DNA of 40,207 nt from contig NMRA01001205.1 in assembly GCA_002633005.1 (NCBI GenBank), positions 1 to 40,207 of the forward strand, read 5' to 3'. The notes under the pieces were generated by a model, which was given only the letters and a program-made list of their open reading frames with translations, was not told the origin of the DNA and made no database searches. A program made the translations under genes and the position numbers. Origin of the DNA: Phoronis australis. Taxonomy: Eukaryota; Animalia; Phoronida. The stretch's first letter is position 1. Each line of letters begins with the position of its first letter. Below, one piece after another: positions 1 through 11,500 of the stretch.

Positions 1-34
1 GGTTGACGGCAATGATGTCATATTGGAAAGAGTA
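1..34 (+). CDS. EXOSC10: EXOSC10 exon (partial), VDGNDVILERV
   Basis: Resembles human VDANDVILERV; donor GTAAGT at 35. Confidence 0.93.
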
Positions 35-3000
35 GTAAGTCCATTCATCAGATTTGTCAGTAACTTGTTAGTTACAGATTGTCTTCTGGACAGATAAAAG
101 CTTTTGTGCATATCACTTCATGTTACTACTTGGACATTAAAGAATTCTACACGTGGGTCACTTTAATTATTGAAGTGAATTGATGTAATTATTTATAATT
201 CTATTAAACGCATACCTAATTTTCTGGTAAAAATCTATAGTAGAAGAGGTATGTTTATTAAATACCCATGGTCTTTATCTTTTTAAAGCAGTTTAGGTGC
301 TCCAGATTACTGTTTTACTGTGAGGATACTCAATGTCTTCAAACTTTTTTATATCTCTGATATTGAGTTGGTTATAGGGCAGATGTGGCCAGGAGGTTGA
401 TATTGATTTGGAAAAAAATTCTTGACCATTGAAATACTTTTGGTGGCATATGAGAGGTTAGATTTTTCCTTGCTGCATTTATAATAAGACTGTTTTGTGT
501 TCTCTCATATCACAGGGGTCGCTGTTAGATGAGGCGTCAGGTGTTAAGAAGACAGATGCAAAGTTGGTGGTGGCAAGTGTCGCATCTAAAACTATCAGCA
601 CTAGTTGGAACAAACAGGTTAGAAGTGTGTTGGTGGTCTTTTTATGTGTCCAACAAGCCATTATAATGTTTTACGATTCCCAAAACTCATCCTGAACTTC
701 TGTAAAGATGTACTTTAACTTCCATTTGTACTCTTCTCGTGAGTGTTCGCATTTTGCATGCAGCTGTAATTAAAATGCATGACAAGAAGGCAGAAACTTA
801 GTCATCTATCAAGGTCATGTATTCTCTGTCGTGGAGTATTATGGATTCAAGTTATTCATTTTGAATTGTTTTCTACGAACTGTTTCTAGGGAATGATAAG
901 TTTCAGTCTAGCATTTGGTTTCAACAAGACTCATTTTTCTTATTATGCCGTCTCTGTTTCATCTAGCCGAGCGCCAGCGCAGTCCAGTCTTCAAGTTACC
1001 GACTTCTAGCTGCCAGATATATTCAAAGACCACAGTTGAAGTTTCAAGACAAAATAGACAACTCCCACCGTCTATTTGTGCCCAAACTGACAAGGAAGCC
1101 CAATGCTGTTAAGCCCCTACCTGGTCAGTTGCCAGTTTTATTAGCAATACCTTTCTGTGTTTAATTATCAGTCTCCTGTCCGGATACAATATCTAGCTGC
1201 CTCAGCCAATCATCATCTTGAATTTATTGCCTTGCGACTCTCTTCAGAATTTTCAATGACCTTTGGCCTTTCTGTTATACAACAAATCGTACCTTTCACT
1301 GGATGCTTTGTGCTACTTGGCAAAACTGTTTGCACAATCCATGCTATTTTAGTTAGATTGTAATGTGGTTTACTGTACGACTACATCAAAACCACTTTGT
1401 AGAAGTATATACTATGAGACATGGGATCTTATGGTGGATGCTGGTTATTGCTCAGATGTCCTAAAATTTCAAAAGGAGTCTTACATAGGAGTGTTCAGTT
1501 GTTATATGATATCTCTTGTCAGTTAATTAATTCATGTTAGGTTGCCATGGTCACCTACATGGTTGATGGGGTCCATTTTGGTGTCTTGGATACTCTTTAG
1601 TTCTACCAAGAGGTATGGAGGACAGTTGGAAATATAAGGAAATAAGAACAGTATCAGTAGTGTTTGAAACTGTTTCTTTTTATTCCAGATAACTGGTTGT
1701 CTAATGAAGATGAAGATGATGGGGATGTACAGTAAGTTATTCTGTCTTGTTGGCTTCAGGTGTTCATCTAGTAATTTCTATTCATTTATCAAAATGCATC
1801 TGTGTGATATTCTTCAGTGACAACAAGTGTAATATCTGAAGTCTATTGGTCGTTCACTGTAAATATGTCTGTCAGTAATACAGTTGCATCAACTCGTATG
1901 GCTGTGTCCTCTACCAACTGCTTGTTCTTCTAGCTATCCTCATCCTTATCAGCATGAACTGGACCATCTTGTGCATAAGCCTGAACAATTGACCAAAGTC
2001 ACTCCTAAGGTAGGTCAATATCTTGCATATTTAGATGTGTGTAAACTTGTTGTAAAGTAAAGCCACTATGAACCCTGGTTTCCATCTAAAAATAAAATTT
2101 GATTTACAGTTACTGTAATGTCTCATGAATTTACGTCACAGTATGGCCTACACGACGATTCTTGTTATAAAGCTAGTCTCAACTGATTCCTTACTGAGAT
2201 TAGGTTAAGTTTGAGGCTTGGAAGGAAGTTACAGTTCCTTACTGCTTGGGGGGTGGCTCAATAAATTGTCTTGAACAGTAGTAGAATTGTAGTCCAGGGG
2301 GGCATGTTGGCCCTCGTTTTTTATCAGCCAGGCATGCTTCTCTCGGTAAAATTCTATTTTTTGACATATTGGGGTCTAAATTTAATGTGTCTATAAACCA
2401 ACACTCCATCCAAGCAGTGAACATTTGATTTTATTCCACTTACCGCTCTAAAATTGGTCTCGTCTGTTTTGTTCTTTACTCAGTAGTTTCTGGATTTGCA
2501 AAGAACTGACAATGTGTTATTCCTCGAGACCATTCGTGGCACGGAACTTTTAGAGCCTGGTCTCCAGTAATAATGAATTGTCAGTTCTTTCAATTCCCTA
2601 AAATAACTTACGACTTCAATAAGGAAAAATTGGAGGCCAATTTAACAATGGTAAGTGGTATAAATCCAAGGTAAGTTTTTTGGGATAAAAGGTGGGTTTA
2701 TAGCGTCTATAAGTAAATTTCAAAATATGTTGAGTTTGTGTGTAAACAGCATATCTTGTTACACTATTTCGTAACAGTATTTGCGTCTTTGGCTCATTTT
2801 TATGCGCCCACATATTTATATGTGGGTGCATATTGCCGTCATCTCTGTATGGGCGTCCGGCATCCACGGCTGTATCTTCTAAACCCCTTGCAGGATCTTA
2901 TTGAAATTTGGCTGGTATGTTCCTATGGTGTCGACGACATAGGGCAACGAGTTTCGGATCGACCTGAATACCGCTGTGGCAATTTTAGTTTTTTTACATT

Positions 3001-6000
3001 TGCCTTCAAAGGTCCTCAACCGATTTTCATGAAATTTGAAACATAATGAGGTGACACTATCCTCTCGTTTTCGGATGGATGTGAGGCATTTTGTGCCATA
3101 TAGTGGCCATTTTTACTATTTTTGAATCTGTTTTTTGGCGTCCGCCCCTCTATCAACCAAACCACTCAAAGGATGATTGTGAAAATTGGCATGCATGTTC
3201 TTATTATGAAGAGGATAGTTGACGATGATTTTCCGATGACTTCGACTACTGTGGCACCTTCTAGTGGCAGTTTTGTTTGTTTTTGTGCCCATGGCTGTAT
3301 CTCCTTAATTCTCTAGTGGATCTTTATTAAATTAAGCAGATGTATTTGTATGAAGTTGACAACGCACGGCGATGACTTTCAGACAGATCGGACTACCGGT
3401 TTGCCCCCTAGTGGCAATTTTAGTTGTTTTACGTTTATCTCTGTATCTTCAAAGGTCCTCAATGGATTTTCACAAAATTTGGCAGATAGGCATCTATTAG
3501 TGAGATGACGCTAGTCATTCATTTTGTGGTTGATTCAAGGTATTTGCACCACCTACTGGCCAATTTTTTTTGTTTTCGAGCCTGTTTTTTGGCATCCGTC
3601 ACTCTGCCAACCAAACCACTCTAAGGATGATAGTGAAAATTGGCATGTATGCTCCTACTATGAAGAGGACTGTTGACGAGGACTTTCCGATGACTTCGAC
3701 TACTTTGGCGCCTCCTAGTGACAGGTTTGTTTTTTTGCACCAATGTCTGTATCTCCTAATCTCTCTGCAGGATCTTTATTAAATTTAGCATGTGTATTTA
3801 CATGAAGTTGACAACGAAAGATGACGACTTTCTGACAGATCCGATGAACACTGTGCCCCCTAGTGACAATTTCAGTTTTTCCGCGTCTGGCTACAGAGAT
3901 GAATTGAAGAGTATATCTAGAGAGGCTGTTTGTATGATACACTTTATTCGGTGCAGCATTGGCAAGCGAGAGAGTTACAGGCGATGAAAAAGTGTCCGAA
4001 CAAGTGATGATAAAGATACCAAAGAAGGGTTACATAAATAAATACTGAAGAAGTGTTGAAAAAGTGAAACCGAACAAGCGGTTATCTGCAAGAAAGACAA
4101 AGCACAGTCTGAGTATTGGACAAGCAGGCGTAATTAATTAACAAACACTATGTATCAGAGCATTAGAAAGACCCACGAGAATGACTCTAAATTACAGGCC
4201 TAACAAATACTACCTCACTAACAATACACAATTAACTGGAACCCGTACTATCTATTCTACAACTGGAAACCATTACCATACAACTGCCTAAATGCGACTA
4301 TTTATCCCATGGACCGGTACCGCGCAACATATACGCCAAACAAGCAGCTGAATGAAACTATACGTTAATCAACAACTATACACGCTCTAAACTCAGCTAG
4401 TAGATACACAAGAGTACAACATGCTATGCCATAATACTCAGTACTTACAACAGTTTGGCTGACGGTCTGTGCTTAATCTAAAAATTCCAGCATCCGAGGA
4501 AAACACATGATTTGTGTTACAGAACTTGTCAATGAATGCCGCTATACTCGTGAGAGTCTAGTCACCAAAAACCCATGTAACACGTAACAATAGCCGGCCT
4601 GTCAGGCTACCATTCTTCTATGCATATGTGTAGGTACAGTGATGTTATCTGCCTCAATAGTTGTCAGGCTTCTATGTCGCCCTCTCTTTGTAACAGCTGA
4701 ACCAGGATACTCTTTCTCCCTTCGTACACTTACTAGTTGAAGGCGTAGCTTGATGTTGTCAGATGGCATCCAGCTTCCTTGACTCGTTTCGACCCTAAAC
4801 CATAACGGTCTCTACTGGTAAGTCCACAGTGGCGGCCAACCCACTGCATATCACTGAGGCCTCCAACTTCCTTCATTTGAACGGTACCACCGCCAAAAAG
4901 ATATCCTCTCAGCTGTCTCACCCAGTCTTCTTCCTTGAGCTCTGCATGTCTCCTCCAGCTCGCTGTACTTAGATAACTTCCTCTCATGGGCCTATTCGCA
5001 TCCTTCCTCCCAAGGGACTGTAAGCTCTATAATCGACCTTCCAGCCAGTAACCTCTCTGCATTCTGCAGGTGCCTGAGCTCATACCGTAGGTCATCTCTA
5101 AGCCACTGTAGCTCGACCTTCTCATGTTCTTCGGCTCAGCCAAAAGCCTTCCTAAGTGATCTTAATTCAGCTCATATCTCCTTGATACGCCTTTCCCATC
5201 TGTTGCCTCTGGGGACTTCCTGCCGTGGTGTTCTTGTTCGCTCTTCCTGTGCACCAAACCACTCTACAGCCAAGTTGTATATGATTGTGTTTTCATGATG
5301 TGCTCATCCTTATCAAAAGCCTTCCATGCTGCTTCATCCGCCACCTTTGGCCATTTCACTTCTTTTCATCATGGGCGTGGTGGAGGTCTACTTTGCCCTG
5401 ACGCGTCCTCTTCCAGGAACACAGGGTCTTTATCTGAAGGTTCATTGTCTTGGAGACTCCCAGTCCTGTGGGGTTCATCCTGTCTGGGTACCTCCAACGT
5501 CTCACCAGAGGGGTCCTCTACGCGTTGCTCTTGATTCTCCTGATAACCACACCGCGATCTTGATCGGTGGACACGTAAGCCACGGATGTTCTTGCACACC
5601 TTTCCACAACTACATACTGCTCCTTCCACAACACTTCCTGTCAGTGTCAACTGTCTCACATTCCTTGGTTGTTGCAAAGTCGTTTCTGTGTTATCCGCCA
5701 TTGTGAGTCTCTCATTCTCCCCCCTTTCGAGAGACTCTGGAGGTATGCATCATTATGGTTTGACATAGTTTGAGTATGGGTGCTCCTATAAATGGAGCTG
5801 CAGGCCAGGGTGCTGGCCCTGCTTGCCCCAATCCAGTCTTTCCTGGGAGTTATCTGTCTCTTGAACGTCACTGGTCTTCCCCAGTTGCCATCCAGCCTTT
5901 CCTGGAAGTCTTGAAATGTCGATATGTGTACTTACAGTGATGTTATCTGTCCCAATAGTTAAATGCTATTGTAACCACTTGAGTGAACTAGCTTATTAAA

Positions 6001-8480
6001 AGAAATGGAATAACAGCGGCGAAAGATGTACTGCTACCTATAAAGAAATTAAACAGTGTGATAAGTAAATAAAAGACAAGAACCAATGACAATTATGATG
6101 ATGGATTTGACGTATTTTGTGCCATCCAGTGACCATTTTTACTGTTTTCTAGTCTGTTTTTAAGCGTGCGCCCTCAGTCAACCAAACCGGTCTTAGGATG
6201 GTTATGAAAATTGGCTTATATGTTCTTAGTGTGAAGCGGACGACTGACGATGATTTTCCGACTTCAATTACTGTGGTGCCTCCTAGTGGCAGTTGTGTTT
6301 ATTTGCGCCCTTAGCTGTATCTCCTAAGCCCTCTGTAGGATTTATATTAAATTTATCAAGTGTATTTATATGAAGTTGACAACGGAAGACAACAACTTTC
6401 ACACGGATCAGAGGAACGCTCTGCCCCCTAGTGGCAATTGCATTTTTTTTCCATTTATGCTCTGTTTCTCTAAAGTTCCTTGACGGATTTTCATGAAATG
6501 TGGCAAATATCTTTCTGTTAAAAAGGGTGACATTTTCCCATTTTTTGATGGATTCGAATTATTTTGCACCATCTAGTGGCCATTTTTATGGTACAAATAG
6601 ACATCCCTAGAAGCACACCGTTTGCGATACATTCGTGGGCGCATTGCAATGCTCTGCGTTGCTCTTGTTTTCTGGTACTGTAATGCTGCACAGCAGGCTT
6701 TTTATATGTTGAGTCGGGTGTGAAGCAATAAGGAATTGTCAAAGGTTTCATGACTTGTGCTTTTAATTTGCTTTTTGTGCAGTTACGTCTCAGAAATGGC
6801 TTATTAATATGTTGCCTGATAGCAGTGTAACTAATCATGAGCTAAGATTGGTTTTGATCAAAAGTCTGTGTTTACCAGACTTTTAAGTGTTGCATGTTTT
6901 GCCCGCAACTGCTTCGCATTGTAGGAACCATTATCTGTGTCAGAGACTCCACTTATCATGGTCTCCACTGTTTCGGAGTTGGAGCAAATGAATCTTCAGC
7001 TGAAGAGGGAAACGGAAATTGCAGTTGATCTTGAGGTAGGTTCGGTTTACTGTAACAAGCTGTGCCAACAATCCAATGGTCTTACCCTACATACTGCTTG
7101 AAGATTAAGTCACCATTTATAGTCTAATACCCAGCTTGGGTCAACAAACACACAATTTTGTGTATGGAGTGTGGCATCTCCTTGTCTAATTTTCTGTATG
7201 TATGTTTTTCTAAAATGGGTTTTTGTGTTCAGAAAGTGGTTTATGTCTAGGTAACCTTTGTTATGTCACATTTTTACCTCTGCATTTTAGAATGTATTTT
7301 TATGCCGTTTGATCTAAACACTGTAATTCATTAGCGGTTTTGACAAACCTTTCATTTCGAAAGAGAAATATCCAACTTTTGTGTTAAAAAGCTGTTGGTG
7401 AAAATCAAAAAAAGTTTTGGGTGTTTCCTTCTTTTCATGGACTTTTCCTGACCTAATTTGTACAAGGGTTGTTGATGAAAAGTGACTCATACTTCCAGCA
7501 TCACTCATATCGCACTTTTTTGGGCCTCACATGTCTTATGCAAGTATCCACGAGGAGGCAAGATTACATTGTGGACTGTCTAGAGCTAAGAAGTCATCTA
7601 CAGCTACTGAATGAAGTCTTCACAGACCCATCAATTGTCAAGGTGAAACACAGTGTCCTTGTAGAACTGGTTATTAAACTATGCATACTGCACCTGAATT
7701 CAGATTTCAAGTTTCGTGTTGTTGCTAGGTCACCAGGACTGAAATATGTATAATTTAAGACTTATTTGTAAGACAAGTTTTATTGTTGTATGACATCGGA
7801 AACAGTATTCAGTAATCGCAATGGGACAGTTAGAAGTGTGTCGAGTAATTTTTGTTCATCTGGACGCAGTTCATTCATCCTCTTTAAGTACCAGACAGCC
7901 CGAAGAATTGCAGCCCTGATACTCAACTTTGTACATGTCTCAAAGGCCCACACAGTGGTGATATGGTCAAGGTGAAATCACTAACGCTAAACTGATGCCA
8001 ATCAAGTCAGTGGTGGCAAATCTTTGTGTTGGAGCAATTCGTCTAGTCAATTTGATCCATTCTTTGTTCATGCGTAATTAGGAACGCTAACTTGCAGTAT
8101 AAAGAGCAATGAATTCCACTCCACATTATGAACAAAATCAATGCTTTTCACAGATGCCACTGCATGATGCTTCATGTATGAAATGTTAACAGTGATGTGT
8201 TTTTGCTAAAGTCTGATATTGTGCATCTGTTGCTGAACATAACCCCTTTTTGTTGTAATCAGGTCTTCCATGGATGTGACATGGACATAGACTGGTTACA
8301 GAGGGACCTAGGACTGTATGTTGTCAACATGTTTGACACAGGCCAGGCATCAAGATTGCTCAACTTTGCCAGGTTTTCACTGGCCTACCTATTACAGCAT
8401 TACTGTGGAGTGCTGGCCAATAAACAGTATCAGCTGGCTGACTGGAGGATACGGTAAGCGATAACTTTGACATTTCATTA

Positions 8481-8512
<32 letters not shown>

Positions 8513-11500
8513 GTTATTATTATTATTATTAACCTACTTTAACAGACGATATTTTCATGGTGGGAGCTTAGCATGATAAGATGTGTAGTAAACTAGAGTA
8601 GTTGCTAAAAATAGAAATTATTTTACAGATTCACTTGAATTCTGTTTTGGTTCAATTTTTATTAGGTTTTAAGTATAAACATCATTTTAACAAGAAAAAC
8701 TTGGCGTTTCTTGAAATGTCACGACCTCCGACCTCAGACCTCTGACATAGAAAGTAGTTACAAAAGCCGTGGCGAATCGAGAAAGGTAGATCGGTTTATT
8801 GCAATGTTTCTCAATCAGTATGTGGTATAAATAGATTATTACATGTTTTCAGTCGTCATCCCTCTTATCTAGAGCCTGAATGGATGTTGGAGAGTTATTG
8901 GCCTTGGGGCTCACGCCCCTCGGGCGACAATTCTCCAATATCCACTCGGGCTCTAGATTATGGGGGATAATGACTTCGGCATGTAATAATCTATGCTCAT
9001 TGCAGTTTTCGAGAATAAAGGAACACTACATGTTAATACCTGATTTTCAACTTTTGTTTTGGAACTGTTGTTGCGGTCCATATTGATATTAGTGATGAAT
9101 TTGTGCCATGACTGCTTGATCATCTGCCTGGCTCAAGCTTATTTTTAGCCTTTTTGCCCAGTCATGTTGTGAGTAATAGTTGTAACATCGCTGTTATGTT
9201 TGGGGCTGGTGACATTTTGCAGTGAAGACGAAATTCTCATTTCGTATATTTTATTTGTTGGGAGACTTGCAACACATTATTTGTTTTTCTTCAAGCAATA
9301 ACAGAGTACACATGCACGTGTGACGTCATTGGTTTGTGATTGTAGACCACTGCCAGATGAGCTGGTTCAGTATGCCAGGGAGGACACACATTACTTGCTG
9401 TACATTTATGACAAAATGAAGAATGAACTGCTTGAACGAGGCAATGAACATGGCAATCTGCTGCACTCTGTACTACAGCGCAGTACACAGTTATGTAGCA
9501 GGGTGAGTGTGTACTTTTGTTGGATGAGTCTGCATGTGTCTGTCATAGGCTAGTAAGAGTGGTCACACCATGCAGTACAACTTGCTTTTATGTCTCTAAC
9601 ATCATTGTGTTGTTTTAATGAGATCTATCACGGGTAAAAATTATGCAGTTGTGTGCATCAGCTCATCATTATTATACATGTCTCGATGTCTTTGATTAAT
9701 TATGTTAAGTTGCCTGTTTTTAATAAAGTTGCTCTGTCTTTCTATCATCTGGAGTTGGATATTGCAAGATTTTTTCCAAAGGTGACTAGAAAACAAAATA
9801 GCATGTATTTTGCTGGAACATAATGCATTGTACTTTGCTCACCATAGACAATCTAAGGTTATTGTAAAATTCCCACGTCATTTCAACAATAGAAACTAAT
9901 GAAACACACACAGAAAGAGTGCACAGTATAAGCACAACAGAAATGTCAAAGGCCAAGTTTCAGGATGACAGTGACACCTCTCGGGGATAATCAAAAATCA
10001 TCAATACAGCGACAAAATTCTATTGAAGCTAGTGTCTTGACAATTGATAGTGGAAGACTCTTAATTTAATAATTAGTGCCTCAAGGATTTCTCATCTGAG
10101 TAATAGCATTTTTTTTAATTAAAGAATCCATGTTGTTCGATTACGTTTTACATATTATACTATTATAGGATCTATGAAGTGTGACTATTTCACTTTATTA
10201 ACAAAATAAATTATCATCTAACAACTGCTCCCAACTGGTAAATGTTTTTGAATATTAATGCAGTAGCTTCATCATTTTAGGTTTACCACAAACCTGTGTG
10301 CAATGATGACAGTCACCTGGAACTGCTTTATAAAAGTAAGAAAATGTTCAACTCTCAACAAATACTTGCCCTGAAGAGCCTGTACAATTGGAGAGACAAG
10401 CTGGCTAGGCAGGAAGATGAAAGTACAGGGTGAGTACTTGGACCTCGCTCTAGTACCCTTGTCTGGACTTTGAAATTGTTATTTAGAAATTAATGATTCT
10501 TTTTTGGCGAGTATCACTTGTCATTTTGTCTTCTTGTGATTCGTATATGGGGCAGAAGGCTTCCAGTGAGTGTAGTAGTCATGCTTAATTTCACACTGTG
10601 TCTTTTGTGTTTGCAGATATGTTCTTCCTAATCACATGCTGCTCCAAATTGCAGAAATTCTCCCCAGGTAAGGTTTACATAGGTCAGAAGCTATGTGCAA
10701 TGTCATGTGCATTGCACAGCTGTAGTAAAAGAACCTGTGTTATTAACAGGCATTGACTGCTTGTAAGCCAGGTTTTAGGGATGTGGAACTCAACTTTAAC
10801 TGAGTATTTGTATAAAGGAGTTTGATGTGCTTGGCCCTTTATCATCTGTGCCAAAAAAGGAGGTTATGGTTACTTAGTAAGTTGCAATTAATCTTTGTTG
10901 ACATTTCAATTGTTATTTAGCCAAAGACAAAGTGAATTTTAGAGATGACCCAATGTGTTTAGAAGTGGTTTGTCACACTTGTGCATTACTGTTGGTTGTT
11001 ATTACAGAGAAAGCCAGGGTATTCTAGCCTGTTGCAACCCCATTCCCCCACTGGTGAAACAAGACTTGGCTGATCTCCATAGACTTGTATTGGAGGCCAG
11101 AGACACCCCTCTTCAAAAGGTACTCGAATCATGTATAGGCAGTTCATAATTAATGTTATTGATGCAAATACAGCCAGTGATGAATGACGTGAAGTTTCAG
11201 TATTGTTTTTTTTGCATTGAAGTGACATTTTCAAATACTTAACAATCATGTCACAAAGAATTATTAAACGTATGAATTTAGCGCCACATCCCTATTGGAT
11301 GCTGGACTCAATTGTGCAGCGTTGTGTACTTTAAAATATTTAAAGCCTACCTTGAATATAGTTTTATTATTTTAGATGAGTTGGGCTAACCAGACAGCCC
11401 TAACAAATTCTTACCAAAATAAGAAATACGAGTATTATCTCTCAAATGTAGGCCCATGGAATGACAGTTGAAGTTGCCTTTTTATGCCATATTGCGTCAC

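Noticed and set aside
2738-3987. Several 60-100 aa ORFs with similar peptides (RMIVKIGM..DDDFPMTSTT)
   Set aside because: They are incidental translations of the non-coding HINE internal repeats; frames are not preserved between copies.
4770-4830. Possible minimal hammerhead ribozyme on the minus strand (GACC...GGTC GAAACGAGTC)
   Set aside because: The CUGANGA box is absent (CAGTAGA) and stem I does not pair; more likely a 3' UTR hairpin of the retroelement.
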